From Flavobacteriaceae bacterium (GTDB lineage Bacteria > Bacteroidota > Bacteroidia > Flavobacteriales > Flavobacteriaceae), in NCBI GenBank assembly GCA_965224465.1, contig OZ245049.1:3510001-3542000 (forward strand): a stretch of 32,000 nucleotides of DNA, read 5' to 3'. Positions 17,085-25,461 of the stretch are shown here, in pieces (the stretch's first letter is position 1; each line of letters starts with the position of its first letter). A program made the translations under genes and the position numbers. Under the pieces are notes generated by a model. It ran no database searches and was not told the DNA's origin. It was given only the letters and a program-made list of their open reading frames with translations.

Positions 17085-17261
17085 TTAACTTTTTCTTTTA
17101 TTAATGAAATTTGTATGAAGAGTTATTGCTAAAAGTGTAAAAACTAAAATTTTATAACCGTATTTGAATAATTTAATAAAATTAAATATATCTAAAACGA
17201 ATATCAAAAAAATCAATAGTAAAATAAGTATCTTTAGGTTTTTTAAATTTAAATAATTCAT
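17085..17261 (-). CDS. Small two-TM membrane protein, immunity-like (cassette 3; below the ORF-track cutoff)
   Basis: Hand translation, 58 aa: MNYLNLKNLKILILLLIFLIFVLDIFNFIKLFKYGYKILVFTLLAITLHTNFINKRKS. Starts 13 nt after the P4 stop. Confidence 0.6.
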   Translation of the reverse strand: MNYLNLKNLKILILLLIFLIFVLDIFNFIKLFKYGYKILVFTLLAITLHTNFINKRKS

Positions 17262-17274
17262 CTTTCACAGCTAT

Positions 17275-17463
17275 TTAGACAAAAACACACGCGACACCAA
17301 TTACAACCATCCCCGTAAGTACAGATGCACCAAATGGATTCCAAAAATTAGCAAGAGCACTTGCGGCAAATAGTGCGCTCCCAGCGGAGAATGCCTTACA
17401 AGCGTCACTTGCATATCCATTTCCTTGGATAATTGTCATTTGTTCAATTTCTAATACTTTCAT
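17275..17463 (-). CDS. Leader-bearing Gly/Ala-rich peptide P4 (bacteriocin-like)
   Basis: MKVLEIEQMTIIQGN-GYASDACKAFSAGSALFAASALANFWNPFGASVLTGMVVIGVACVFV. Cys22 and Cys59. Confidence 0.75.
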   Translation of the reverse strand: MKVLEIEQMTIIQGNGYASDACKAFSAGSALFAASALANFWNPFGASVLTGMVVIGVACVFV

Positions 17464-17479
17464 AAATTTTCAATTTAAT

Positions 17480-17640
17480 AATTAATTTTCCCTAATTCAT
17501 TTAAGGACTCATTAGCTTTGGTTCATTTTTACAAAAATATTGTTGTACGACATACCTAATTGGTGCGTAGTGTTATTTTTAATGTTAAGGGGAAATACTG
17601 TTTAACAATTTAAACGATGTTGTAAATGTATTTTTTTTTT
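17480..17640 (-). promoter_or_regulatory. Conserved upstream module B2 (promoter plus leader) of peptide gene P4
   Basis: Paralog of 13621-13785. The -7 box TATTTTTG is conserved (plus 17532-17539). The poly-T tract is T10 here and T14 in B1. Confidence 0.5.
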
Positions 17641-17775
17641 ACTATTCCAAGTTTTTGTTGGTTTTTTTTGTATTGAATGTAGTTTTTATGTATTCGTAAT
17701 TGGGTAAAGGGGAGCGTGTTGTGATGTTTGTGTTAACTGGTTGGGCTGTGTTTTGTTTTAATAGCCAACAACAGG

Positions 17776-17796
17776 GTAGTAGTAGTAGTAGTAGTA
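17776..17796. repeat. (GTA)7 trinucleotide microsatellite in non-coding DNA
   Basis: Seven perfect GTA units read directly. No ORF with a start codon spans it. Confidence 0.9.
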
Positions 17797-18129
17797 AGCC
17801 GTTAGGGTAGCTTTTCTAGTGATGCTTCTATTGCAATGCTCCCGCAATGGTGAAAACTAACGAATATAGCTCCCTTGGATGGGCTAGTGTAAGAATATGT
17901 TTTTATTGCTAAAATCATCTTAATTAACATAGGTTAATTATTCCTTATCATAATTTATTACGTTTTTGTGACCCTTTTTCACGCTGAATCCCATCGTTTT
18001 CTGAAATTACGGTTGGGTTTGTTAAGGGGTTGTGTGTTAATAGGTGGATTCGTAGTGGTTTACGCGTTTGGTGACGCGTGTGTCTAAGGCTTGAGAGTTA
18101 ATCATCCAGCGTGTCATCTTGAGAAGGGA

Positions 18130-18427
18130 AGCGTGAAAGAAAGTGCATAAGAGTGAATAATTCCTCACTAAAATCAGGTTTTAAGAACATTGCTCTGAGT
18201 AAAAAAAACCACAAAAAAGACCAAACAATAAATGTTCAGTCTTTCTATATATAATAGGTATACGTGTTTATTTAAACATGCTAGTAATACTTCCCAGTAG
18301 TCCGCCTCCTTGTTCTTTTAGGATACGCGTAATATCACTCATGTCAAATTTCCCGTCATCACCTAATAAGGTGGTTTTTAAACTAGCAATAGTTTCTGGA
18401 ACGGTAATAGAAATAAATTTATCAGCC
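18130..18427. repeat. Segmental duplication C2 (parent copy, inside and downstream of the intact 144-aa gene)
   Basis: See C1. Confidence 0.8.
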
Positions 18428-18702
18428 ATTTCTGACGATACATTCATTTTTTCGTTCAATCCTGTTTTGATAGATGCCGTGATGTCCTTGACCACTTTTT
18501 TGTCCATAATGTCTCCATCTCCTTTAAAAATATCCATTAGCGAACTAATATCTCCAGACATGGCGGTGTCTTTTAATTTTTCCCAAGCCGTGGTTACGGA
18601 TATTTTTACAGCTTCACTTGCTTGATCCGAAGACATTCCTGTAGATTCTTGAATGGCAGCTCCTGCTTTTTCTTTTACGGTATTGATTACTTTGTCAATC
18701 AT
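18268..18702 (-). CDS. Hypothetical soluble 144-aa protein (helical, acidic; C-terminal GGGLLGSITSMFK)
   Basis: Intact ORF with no TM segment or signal peptide. I cannot assign a family confidently. Its 3' third is duplicated at 16893-17051. Confidence 0.7.
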   Translation of the reverse strand: MIDKVINTVKEKAGAAIQESTGMSSDQASEAVKISVTTAWEKLKDTAMSGDISSLMDIFKGDGDIMDKKVVKDITASIKTGLNEKMNVSSEMADKFISITVPETIASLKTTLLGDDGKFDMSDITRILKEQGGGLLGSITSMFK

Positions 18703-18862
18703 TGTTGTAGTTTTTAGTTAATTATTTCTTTTTTAGAATGCTTAAGGTAGTCATTTTTTTAAGTTTCTAAAATTTCATTTTTTATTTTAGGAACTGTTTT
18801 TCGGTTACTTGTGAGTTTTGTATTGTTGTTATAAAGGAATTTCGGTATAATTAACAATCGTT

Positions 18863-19891
18863 ATGAATCAGCAAATAAAATGCCTAACTTTGCCCCCTAA
18901 AATAAGAGATTTGGCAAAGATTGGAGATATTGAGTTAGGGAAGTTCCCGTTGTTATTAGCACCGATGGAGGATGTAAGTGATCCCCCGTTTAGAGTATTG
19001 TGTAAAGAGCAAGGGGCAGATGTTGTGTATACTGAGTTTATTTCGTCTGAAGGATTGATTCGTGATGCTGCGAAAAGTATCAAAAAACTGGATATTTATG
19101 AAAGTGAGCGTCCTGTAGGGATTCAAATATTTGGTGCCAATTTAGAATCTATGTTAAAAACAGTGGAAATTGTGGAGCGATCCAAGCCAGATTTCATAGA
19201 TATCAATTTTGGATGTCCTGTGAAAAAAGTAGTGTCAAAAGGTGCCGGAGCTGGTATTTTAAAAGACATTGATTTGATGGTGAAGTTGACTGAAGCTATG
19301 GTGAAACATACGCATTTACCAATTACCGTAAAAACCCGTTTAGGCTGGGATACGGATTCTATTCGTATTGTTGAGGTTGCAGAACGTTTGCAAGATGTAG
19401 GGTGCCAAGCTATTGCTATTCATGGTCGTACACGAGCACAAATGTATAAAGGCGATGCGGATTGGACACAGATTACTGAGGTAAAGAACAACCAACGCAT
19501 GCATATTTCTGTTTTTGGTAATGGCGATGTTAATACACCAGAACGCGCTGTAGAAATGCGTGATAAATATGGCTTGGATGGTGCGATGATTGGAAGAGCG
19601 AGTATTGGGAATCCATGGTTTTTTAAACAGATCAAACATTTTATGAAAACAGGTGAATATCTACCTGAAATCACCATTTCGGATCGTGTGGAAATGGCAA
19701 AACGTCATTTACAGATGGAGATAGATTGGAAAGAAAGTGAAATTGTGGGAGTGATGGAAACAAGACGTCATTACACCAATTATTTTAAGGGGATTCCTCA
19801 CTTTAAGGAGTTTCGTTTAAAAATGGTTACTTCGGATGCTGCGCAGGATGTTTTTGATGTATTGGATGAAGTAGAGCAGAAATTCAGTTAG
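18863..19891 (+). CDS. dusB: tRNA-dihydrouridine synthase
   Basis: LAPMEDVSDPPFR, INFGCPVKKV, IHGRTRAQMYKG and GRASIGNPWFF motifs of the Dus TIM-barrel family. Confidence 0.9.
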   Translation: MNQQIKCLTLPPKIRDLAKIGDIELGKFPLLLAPMEDVSDPPFRVLCKEQGADVVYTEFISSEGLIRDAAKSIKKLDIYESERPVGIQIFGANLESMLKTVEIVERSKPDFIDINFGCPVKKVVSKGAGAGILKDIDLMVKLTEAMVKHTHLPITVKTRLGWDTDSIRIVEVAERLQDVGCQAIAIHGRTRAQMYKGDADWTQITEVKNNQRMHISVFGNGDVNTPERAVEMRDKYGLDGAMIGRASIGNPWFFKQIKHFMKTGEYLPEITISDRVEMAKRHLQMEIDWKESEIVGVMETRRHYTNYFKGIPHFKEFRLKMVTSDAAQDVFDVLDEVEQKFS

Positions 19892-19997
19892 ATTGTAATG
19901 AATGATAGTACTCTTAAAGTAACATTATTTTAATGTAATCGTAATGTTTCTTTGAAGGTAATTTCCTGTTTTATTTGTTGATTTGCGCAAAAAAAAC

Positions 19998-20636
19998 ATG
20001 GAATTACTATTGATGGTATTTGGGGCGTTATTTTCTGTAATGAACCCTTTTGGGACAGTGCCCATTTTTGTGAGTTTGACAAAGGAACAGACTAAAGCAG
20101 CAAGGAGTGCAATTGCTTTTAAAACATCTTTAAATGTTTTAGTTATTTTGTTGGTTTCCTTTTTTATAGGGAAGTATATGTTGGTGTTTTTCGGAATTAG
20201 TATTAATTCTTTGAAAATAGCTGGCGGCTTGATTATTACATCTTCTGGTTTTGCATTACTAATAGGTAAATTTAGTGAGCACAAAGGAATGAAAAAGAAA
20301 AATGTAAAAGTAGATTTGGAGTCGCGTTCAGAAATATCTTTAACGCCTTTAGCATTGCCTATGATTGCAGGTCCTGGGACTATTTCTTTGCTGATTAATT
20401 ACAATCAGGAATACACATCAATGATGGAGATTGTATGGATACTCTTGGCAATGTTGCTGTCTGCGACAAGTGTTTTTTTAATTCTAAAAAGTTCACACTA
20501 TTTTGTGAGAATATTAGGCGCTTCTGGGATCAATGCTTTGTCAAGAATTATTGGATTTGTTGTAATTGCTCTAGGGATAGAATTTATTATGGCAGCTGTA
20601 TTGAATATTGTAAACGGACTTTTCTTAGCGAATTAA
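19998..20636 (+). CDS. marC: MarC-family (UPF0056) integral membrane protein
   Basis: MELLLMVFGALFSVMNPFGTVPIFVSL..., polytopic, PLALPMIAGPGTIS motif. Start trimmed from the TTG in the track to ATG 19998. Confidence 0.8.
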   Translation: MELLLMVFGALFSVMNPFGTVPIFVSLTKEQTKAARSAIAFKTSLNVLVILLVSFFIGKYMLVFFGISINSLKIAGGLIITSSGFALLIGKFSEHKGMKKKNVKVDLESRSEISLTPLALPMIAGPGTISLLINYNQEYTSMMEIVWILLAMLLSATSVFLILKSSHYFVRILGASGINALSRIIGFVVIALGIEFIMAAVLNIVNGLFLAN

Positions 20637-21827
20637 TGTTACTGAAATTCTATTACTTGCTATTTTAGCAGCGATATATCCAAGTATTAATATCGTCAAA
20701 ATCACCGTTAATATATTGCTTATGTTTAATTCTACAGGGTAAGCAAGGGATGCTGTGATCTTGAAAATATGAAACTGTAACTGTAAGACGACTAAAGAAA
20801 TCCCTATAAAGAGTCCAATAAAAAGACCAAAAGCAGTCAGTAAGAATCCTTGAAGTATGAATATTGTTTTTATCTGTTTGACCGTGCAACCTAAATTATG
20901 CAATGTTTTAATATTATTTTTTTTATCGATAATCATCATTATAATGGCTCCGATAACATTGAAAAGAGAGATGATAACCACCAAAGTGAATATCAAATAA
21001 GACATCAGGTTTTCTGTGTTCAGCATTTTGTGCAATGCCGCGTTTAGTTCTGTACGTGTTTTTACCGTGTATTGCTCACCTAAACGTTCTTTTAATTGTT
21101 CTGCAACAGTACTTGGGTCTGCATTTGGAAGTAACTTTATCTCTAGGGCTGTTATTTGATTTTCTTTAAAATTGAGTAATTCTTGTCCTTTTTTTAAGGG
21201 GATAAATATATATTTCCCATCTGTTTCCGCGTTGAGTTGAAAAATCCCACTGGGTTGTACATGTATTTCTGTAAACGCATTTTTGAGAGAGGAAGCATAG
21301 CCTTTTTGAGGCTTAGGGACATATATTTTTAAGGATTTTAGAAAACTAAAAATTCCAACACCTAGATTGTCTGCTATTTCACTGCCTATGACAGCGGTAT
21401 TTAGAAGTTTGTCAGAAACCCATGTTCCCACAACAAGTGTGGTGTCCATGTTGTTTACCTGCAAGTAATTTTTATCTATAGCTTTAATATAAGCGATGTC
21501 AGTTTTCTTATTGTATTCGAAAAAAGCACGCTCTTCTATTACTTGTGATGTTTCTAAAATAGCGTTGTTCTCAGATATTTTAGAAAGGAAATCTGGATTG
21601 ACGAAAAATGATTTCCCTTTGCTCGCTGTTATTTGAATTTCTGGGTCAATTAAACTGACATAACTTAGGCTGAAACTTCGCAAGCCAGAAAAGCCAGAAA
21701 GTACTACAAACAAAGCTGTGGTACCTACAATTACACCAATAGTGGCAATAAAAGTGATAATATTTATGGTATTATTACTGCTTTTAGAAAAGAGGTACCG
21801 TTTGGCAATGTAGAGCGAGAAATTCAT
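20625..21827 (-). CDS. FtsX-like ABC transporter permease (LolC/LolE-type)
   Basis: 400 aa. N-terminal TM, large periplasmic domain, then a C-terminal 3-TM FtsX domain. Adjacent to rbfA, as is usual in Bacteroidota. Confidence 0.8.
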   Translation of the reverse strand: MNFSLYIAKRYLFSKSSNNTINIITFIATIGVIVGTTALFVVLSGFSGLRSFSLSYVSLIDPEIQITASKGKSFFVNPDFLSKISENNAILETSQVIEERAFFEYNKKTDIAYIKAIDKNYLQVNNMDTTLVVGTWVSDKLLNTAVIGSEIADNLGVGIFSFLKSLKIYVPKPQKGYASSLKNAFTEIHVQPSGIFQLNAETDGKYIFIPLKKGQELLNFKENQITALEIKLLPNADPSTVAEQLKERLGEQYTVKTRTELNAALHKMLNTENLMSYLIFTLVVIISLFNVIGAIIMMIIDKKNNIKTLHNLGCTVKQIKTIFILQGFLLTAFGLFIGLFIGISLVVLQLQFHIFKITASLAYPVELNISNILTVILTILILGYIAAKIASNRISVTLIR

Positions 21828-22220
21828 CTATTTTTTCTTCTTGTGCGATAAAATTTCTGGATTTTTAATAGGATTCCCTTTGTTCCCTTTCAGTGCATCA
21901 TCTAAATCCTCAATATAATCAAGAGAATCATCACTAAAAAACTCCAAGCTAGGCATTCTTCTCAATTGATGCTTGGTACGTTGTGCCATTTCATAGCGAA
22001 TGGTTTTATTGTTATGCGTTACACCCTTCATAATATAATCGCGATGTTTTTGAGGGAAAATACTCAAATACACTTTAGCTACAGACAAATCTGAGGTCAC
22101 ATTTACCTTAGTTACAGATATTATTACCCCTTTCATTCCATCCTGCGCCGCTTTCTGTAGTACATCTACCAGGTCTTTTTGTAAAACACCTGCTATTTTT
22201 TTTTGTCTATTTGTTTCCAT
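21828..22220 (-). CDS. rbfA: Ribosome-binding factor A
   Basis: METNRQKKIAGVLQKDLVDVLQ...ISVTKVNVTSDLSVAKVYLSIF...RRMPSLEFFSDDSLDY. Confidence 0.88.
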   Translation of the reverse strand: METNRQKKIAGVLQKDLVDVLQKAAQDGMKGVIISVTKVNVTSDLSVAKVYLSIFPQKHRDYIMKGVTHNNKTIRYEMAQRTKHQLRRMPSLEFFSDDSLDYIEDLDDALKGNKGNPIKNPEILSHKKKK

Positions 22221-22343
22221 ACTGCAAAATTAACGTTTATATCCCATTAAAATTATATATTTTTGTATTGATTTGACATTTGTAAGTGTCAATTGTTGGT
22301 TTTTAGACGTTTTGTTATAAACGGTAGAATAAAAACAGAAGAA

Positions 22344-22748
22344 ATGATGAATAAAATTGAACATATAGGAATTGCAGTAAAGGATTTAGAATCCTCCAAT
22401 GCATTGTTTGCGAGCCTTCTAGGGGAGTCTCATTATAAAACAGAGACCGTAGAAAGTGAAGGTGTAAAAACATCATTTTTTAAACTTGGAGCGCATAAGA
22501 TAGAATTATTACAAGCTACAAATAAGGAAAGTGCCATCGCTAAATTCATAGAGAAAAAAGGAGAAGGGATTCATCATATTGCGTTTGCAGTCCATGAAAT
22601 TGAAAAAGAAGTACTGCGATTGAAAAAAGAAGGTTTTATTGTGTTAAATGATTGTCCTAAAAAAGGAGCAGATGGTAAGAAAGTAGTATTTTTGCATCCT
22701 AAAAGCACCAATGGTGTATTGATAGAATTGTGTGAGGATGTAAAATAA
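22344..22748 (+). CDS. mce: Methylmalonyl-CoA epimerase (VOC/glyoxalase fold)
   Basis: MMNKIEHIGIAVKDLESS...GEGIHHIAFAV...VVFLHPKSTNGVLIELCE. Start trimmed to ATG 22344. Confidence 0.8.
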   Translation: MMNKIEHIGIAVKDLESSNALFASLLGESHYKTETVESEGVKTSFFKLGAHKIELLQATNKESAIAKFIEKKGEGIHHIAFAVHEIEKEVLRLKKEGFIVLNDCPKKGADGKKVVFLHPKSTNGVLIELCEDVK

Positions 22749-22779
22749 AGTTGTATGTTTTTAAAAATAATTAAAATAC

Positions 22780-23658
22780 GTGAGTAATTCATTCGAAAAG
22801 TACCAAAAGCGACGCTTAAGATCGTCCTATTTTTCTGTTATAATTAGCATTTCACTCGTCCTGTTTTTAGTAGGGATTTTTGGTTTGGTGGTTTTAAAAA
22901 CGAACAAAATAGCCAACCATTTTAGAGAAAAGGTGGTGGTGACGTTGTTTTTGAAAGATAATATTGAAGAGGCAACTTTTAAAAAGTATAAAGATGGAAT
23001 TCAAAAAAAGGATTTTGTAAAGGCAATTGTATATGTTTCCAAAGAAACAGCTGCCAAAAATTACAGCAAAGATATTGGGGAAGATTTTATTGAGTTTCTT
23101 GGAGATAACCCGTTGAAAGACGCTTTAGAGGTTAGTATAAAAGGAGATTTTGTGATTCCAAAAACAATGGAAAAGATCACTACAGAGTTTAAGAAATCAC
23201 CATTAGTCTCGGAAGTACTATACGATAAGCCATTGATAGAATTATTGACAAAAAACATTCGTCAAGTGAGTTTTTGGATGTTGTTGTTTACGGGTTTATT
23301 TACAGTTATAGCAGTGGTTCTAATTAACAGCTCCATTCGATTATCTATCTATTCAAAAAGATTTACCATTAAAACCATGCAGATGGTGGGAGCGACCAAA
23401 GGTTTTATTCGCAGACCATTTATTTGGAAAAGTATTCAATTAGGATTTGTTGGCGCACTAATTGCAATGGGTGGGATTATTGGTCTGGTGTTTTATTTAG
23501 ATACCGTTATTCCTTCTTTTAATTTGTTAAATGATTATTTAGATCTAGGAATATTGGCAGGAGGAATTGTATTGTTAAGTGTTTTTATTACTTGGCTGAG
23601 TACATTTTTTGCTACCAGACATTTTTTAAATCTACGCACGGAAGAATTGTACTATTAA
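22780..23658 (+). CDS. ftsX: Cell-division FtsX-like permease
   Basis: 292 aa with a GTG start. N-terminal TM, periplasmic domain, then MQMVGATKGFIRRPF and 3 TM segments. Confidence 0.8.
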   Translation: MSNSFEKYQKRRLRSSYFSVIISISLVLFLVGIFGLVVLKTNKIANHFREKVVVTLFLKDNIEEATFKKYKDGIQKKDFVKAIVYVSKETAAKNYSKDIGEDFIEFLGDNPLKDALEVSIKGDFVIPKTMEKITTEFKKSPLVSEVLYDKPLIELLTKNIRQVSFWMLLFTGLFTVIAVVLINSSIRLSIYSKRFTIKTMQMVGATKGFIRRPFIWKSIQLGFVGALIAMGGIIGLVFYLDTVIPSFNLLNDYLDLGILAGGIVLLSVFITWLSTFFATRHFLNLRTEELYY

Positions 23659-23695
23659 AAAAATAAAGGATACGTTGTATCTGTAAAATAAATAT

Positions 23696-23938
23696 ATGAA
23701 TCACAAAGAAGAGAATAAAGAAGGTTTTTTATTTGAAAAAAGGAATTATATAATCATGCTTGTAGGCTTGGCGTTTATAGCGCTAGGTTTTATATTGATG
23801 TCAGGTGGAGGAAGTGATGATCCTGCCGTTTTTAATACCGATGTTTATAATTTTAGACGCGTTCGTTTAGCGCCTACATTAGTGTTAATTGGGTTTGCGA
23901 TAGAAGTGTATGCCATTTTAGTGAAACCAAAAAAATAG
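23696..23938 (+). CDS. DUF3098-type small membrane protein
   Basis: 80 aa, two TM segments, in the conserved Bacteroidota position between ftsX and uppP. Confidence 0.7.
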   Translation: MNHKEENKEGFLFEKRNYIIMLVGLAFIALGFILMSGGGSDDPAVFNTDVYNFRRVRLAPTLVLIGFAIEVYAILVKPKK

Positions 23939-23941
23939 TAC

Positions 23942-24754
23942 ATGAATTACATACAGGCTATTATTTTAGCCGTTATTGAAGGGATTACTGAGTATTTACC
24001 AGTGTCTTCTACGGGGCATATGATTATAACATCGTCTTTTATGCACATCGCAAACGACGATTTTACCAAACTTTTTACGATCGTAATTCAATTAGGAGCT
24101 ATTTTGGCTGTTGTTGCTTTGTATTGGAAACGGTTTTTTCAAAGCATGGATTTTTACTTTAAATTATTTGTTGCTTTTATTCCAGCAGTGGTGTTGGGCT
24201 TATTATTTAATGATATCATCGATGCATTATTGGAAAGCCCTCTTGTAGTGGCTTTGTCACTTATAGTTGGTGGTTTTATCTTATTAAAAGTAGATGATTG
24301 GTTCAAAGAAAACGAAATTCTAGATAAAGAAAATCCCACAGAGCATACCACTATTAGTTACCTAACGGCTTTTAAAATTGGGTTTTTCCAATGTTTGGCA
24401 ATGATTCCTGGTGTTTCCAGAAGTGGGGCGAGTATTGTGGGTGGAATGTCACAACGATTGAATCGTAAAACAGCTGCCGAATTTTCTTTTTTCTTAGCAG
24501 TACCAACAATGTTTGGTGCTACTGCAAAAAAATTATTTGATTATTACAATGCAGGTTTTGAATTGAATTCTGATCAAATTAATTTCTTGATTTTAGGAAA
24601 TGTAATCGCCTTTGCAGTTTCCATTGTTGCTATAAAATCATTCATAGATTATTTAAGTAACAAAGGATTTAAAATTTTTGGTTATTATAGAATAGTACTG
24701 GGTATTTCAATATTATTGATTCACTTTTTTATATATCCCTTAACGTTGATTTAA
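23942..24754 (+). CDS. uppP: Undecaprenyl-diphosphate phosphatase
   Basis: [15 protein letters not shown] and [13 protein letters not shown] BacA motifs. Confidence 0.9.
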   Translation: MNYIQAIILAVIEGITEYLPVSSTGHMIITSSFMHIANDDFTKLFTIVIQLGAILAVVALYWKRFFQSMDFYFKLFVAFIPAVVLGLLFNDIIDALLESPLVVALSLIVGGFILLKVDDWFKENEILDKENPTEHTTISYLTAFKIGFFQCLAMIPGVSRSGASIVGGMSQRLNRKTAAEFSFFLAVPTMFGATAKKLFDYYNAGFELNSDQINFLILGNVIAFAVSIVAIKSFIDYLSNKGFKIFGYYRIVLGISILLIHFFIYPLTLI

Positions 24755-25461
24755 TGAAGACTGTTGACGAATTTAAAGAAGGACAAGTAATCTTAGTAGA
24801 TAAACCTCTGAATTGGACCTCGTTCCAAGTTGTGAACAAAATACGTTGGAGCATACGTAAAAAGTTTGATCTTAGGAAAATAAAAGTTGGACATGCGGGA
24901 ACACTAGACCCTTTAGCTACAGGATTATTGATTCTTTGTACAGGGAAATTCACAAAAAATATTGAAACCTACCAAGGACAAAGTAAAGAATACACGGGCA
25001 CCATTACTTTAGGAGGGACAACTCCTAGTTATGATCTAGAAAGTAAAATAGATGAACATTTTGACTATAAACACATTACGGAAGCTCAAATCACCGAAGC
25101 TACTGTTCAATTTATAGGTGAGATAGATCAAAAACCTCCTATTTTTTCTGCATTAAAAAAAGATGGAAAACGCTTGTATAAAATTGCAAGAAAAGGAGAA
25201 ACCGTAGAAATTCCTTTTAGGAAAGTGCATATTGATACTTTTGAAATTACAGGTGTAGATTTGCCGAATGTAACTTTTAGGGTGGTGTGTAGTAAAGGAA
25301 CTTATATTCGATCTCTGGCTTATGATTTCGGAAAAGCATTGGGGTCTGGGGCTCATTTATCCGCATTACGTAGAACTAAAATAGGTATTTTTAGTGTAGA
25401 TGATGCGATAGATCCTATTGCATTTGTAGATGATCTACTGGGTGGTTTGAAGGAGGAATAA
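24754..25461 (+). CDS. truB: tRNA pseudouridine(55) synthase
   Basis: [15 protein letters not shown] catalytic Asp motif. The ATG overlaps the uppP TAA (TAATG). Confidence 0.9.
   Translation: MKTVDEFKEGQVILVDKPLNWTSFQVVNKIRWSIRKKFDLRKIKVGHAGTLDPLATGLLILCTGKFTKNIETYQGQSKEYTGTITLGGTTPSYDLESKIDEHFDYKHITEAQITEATVQFIGEIDQKPPIFSALKKDGKRLYKIARKGETVEIPFRKVHIDTFEITGVDLPNVTFRVVCSKGTYIRSLAYDFGKALGSGAHLSALRRTKIGIFSVDDAIDPIAFVDDLLGGLKEE

Noticed and set aside
16858-17088. Plus-strand ORFs 16858-17088 and 18278-18625 (MLVILPSSPPPCSFRIR...).
   Set aside because: They are antisense reads of the 144-aa gene and its duplicated fragment. They are similar to each other only because of that duplication.
17700-17830. 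Minus-strand reading through (GTA)7, giving a poly-Leu run (LLLLLLLPCCWLLKQ...), considered as a possible lipoprotein or signal peptide.
   Set aside because: There is no start codon between the upstream TAG and the Leu run, and no plausible downstream domain.
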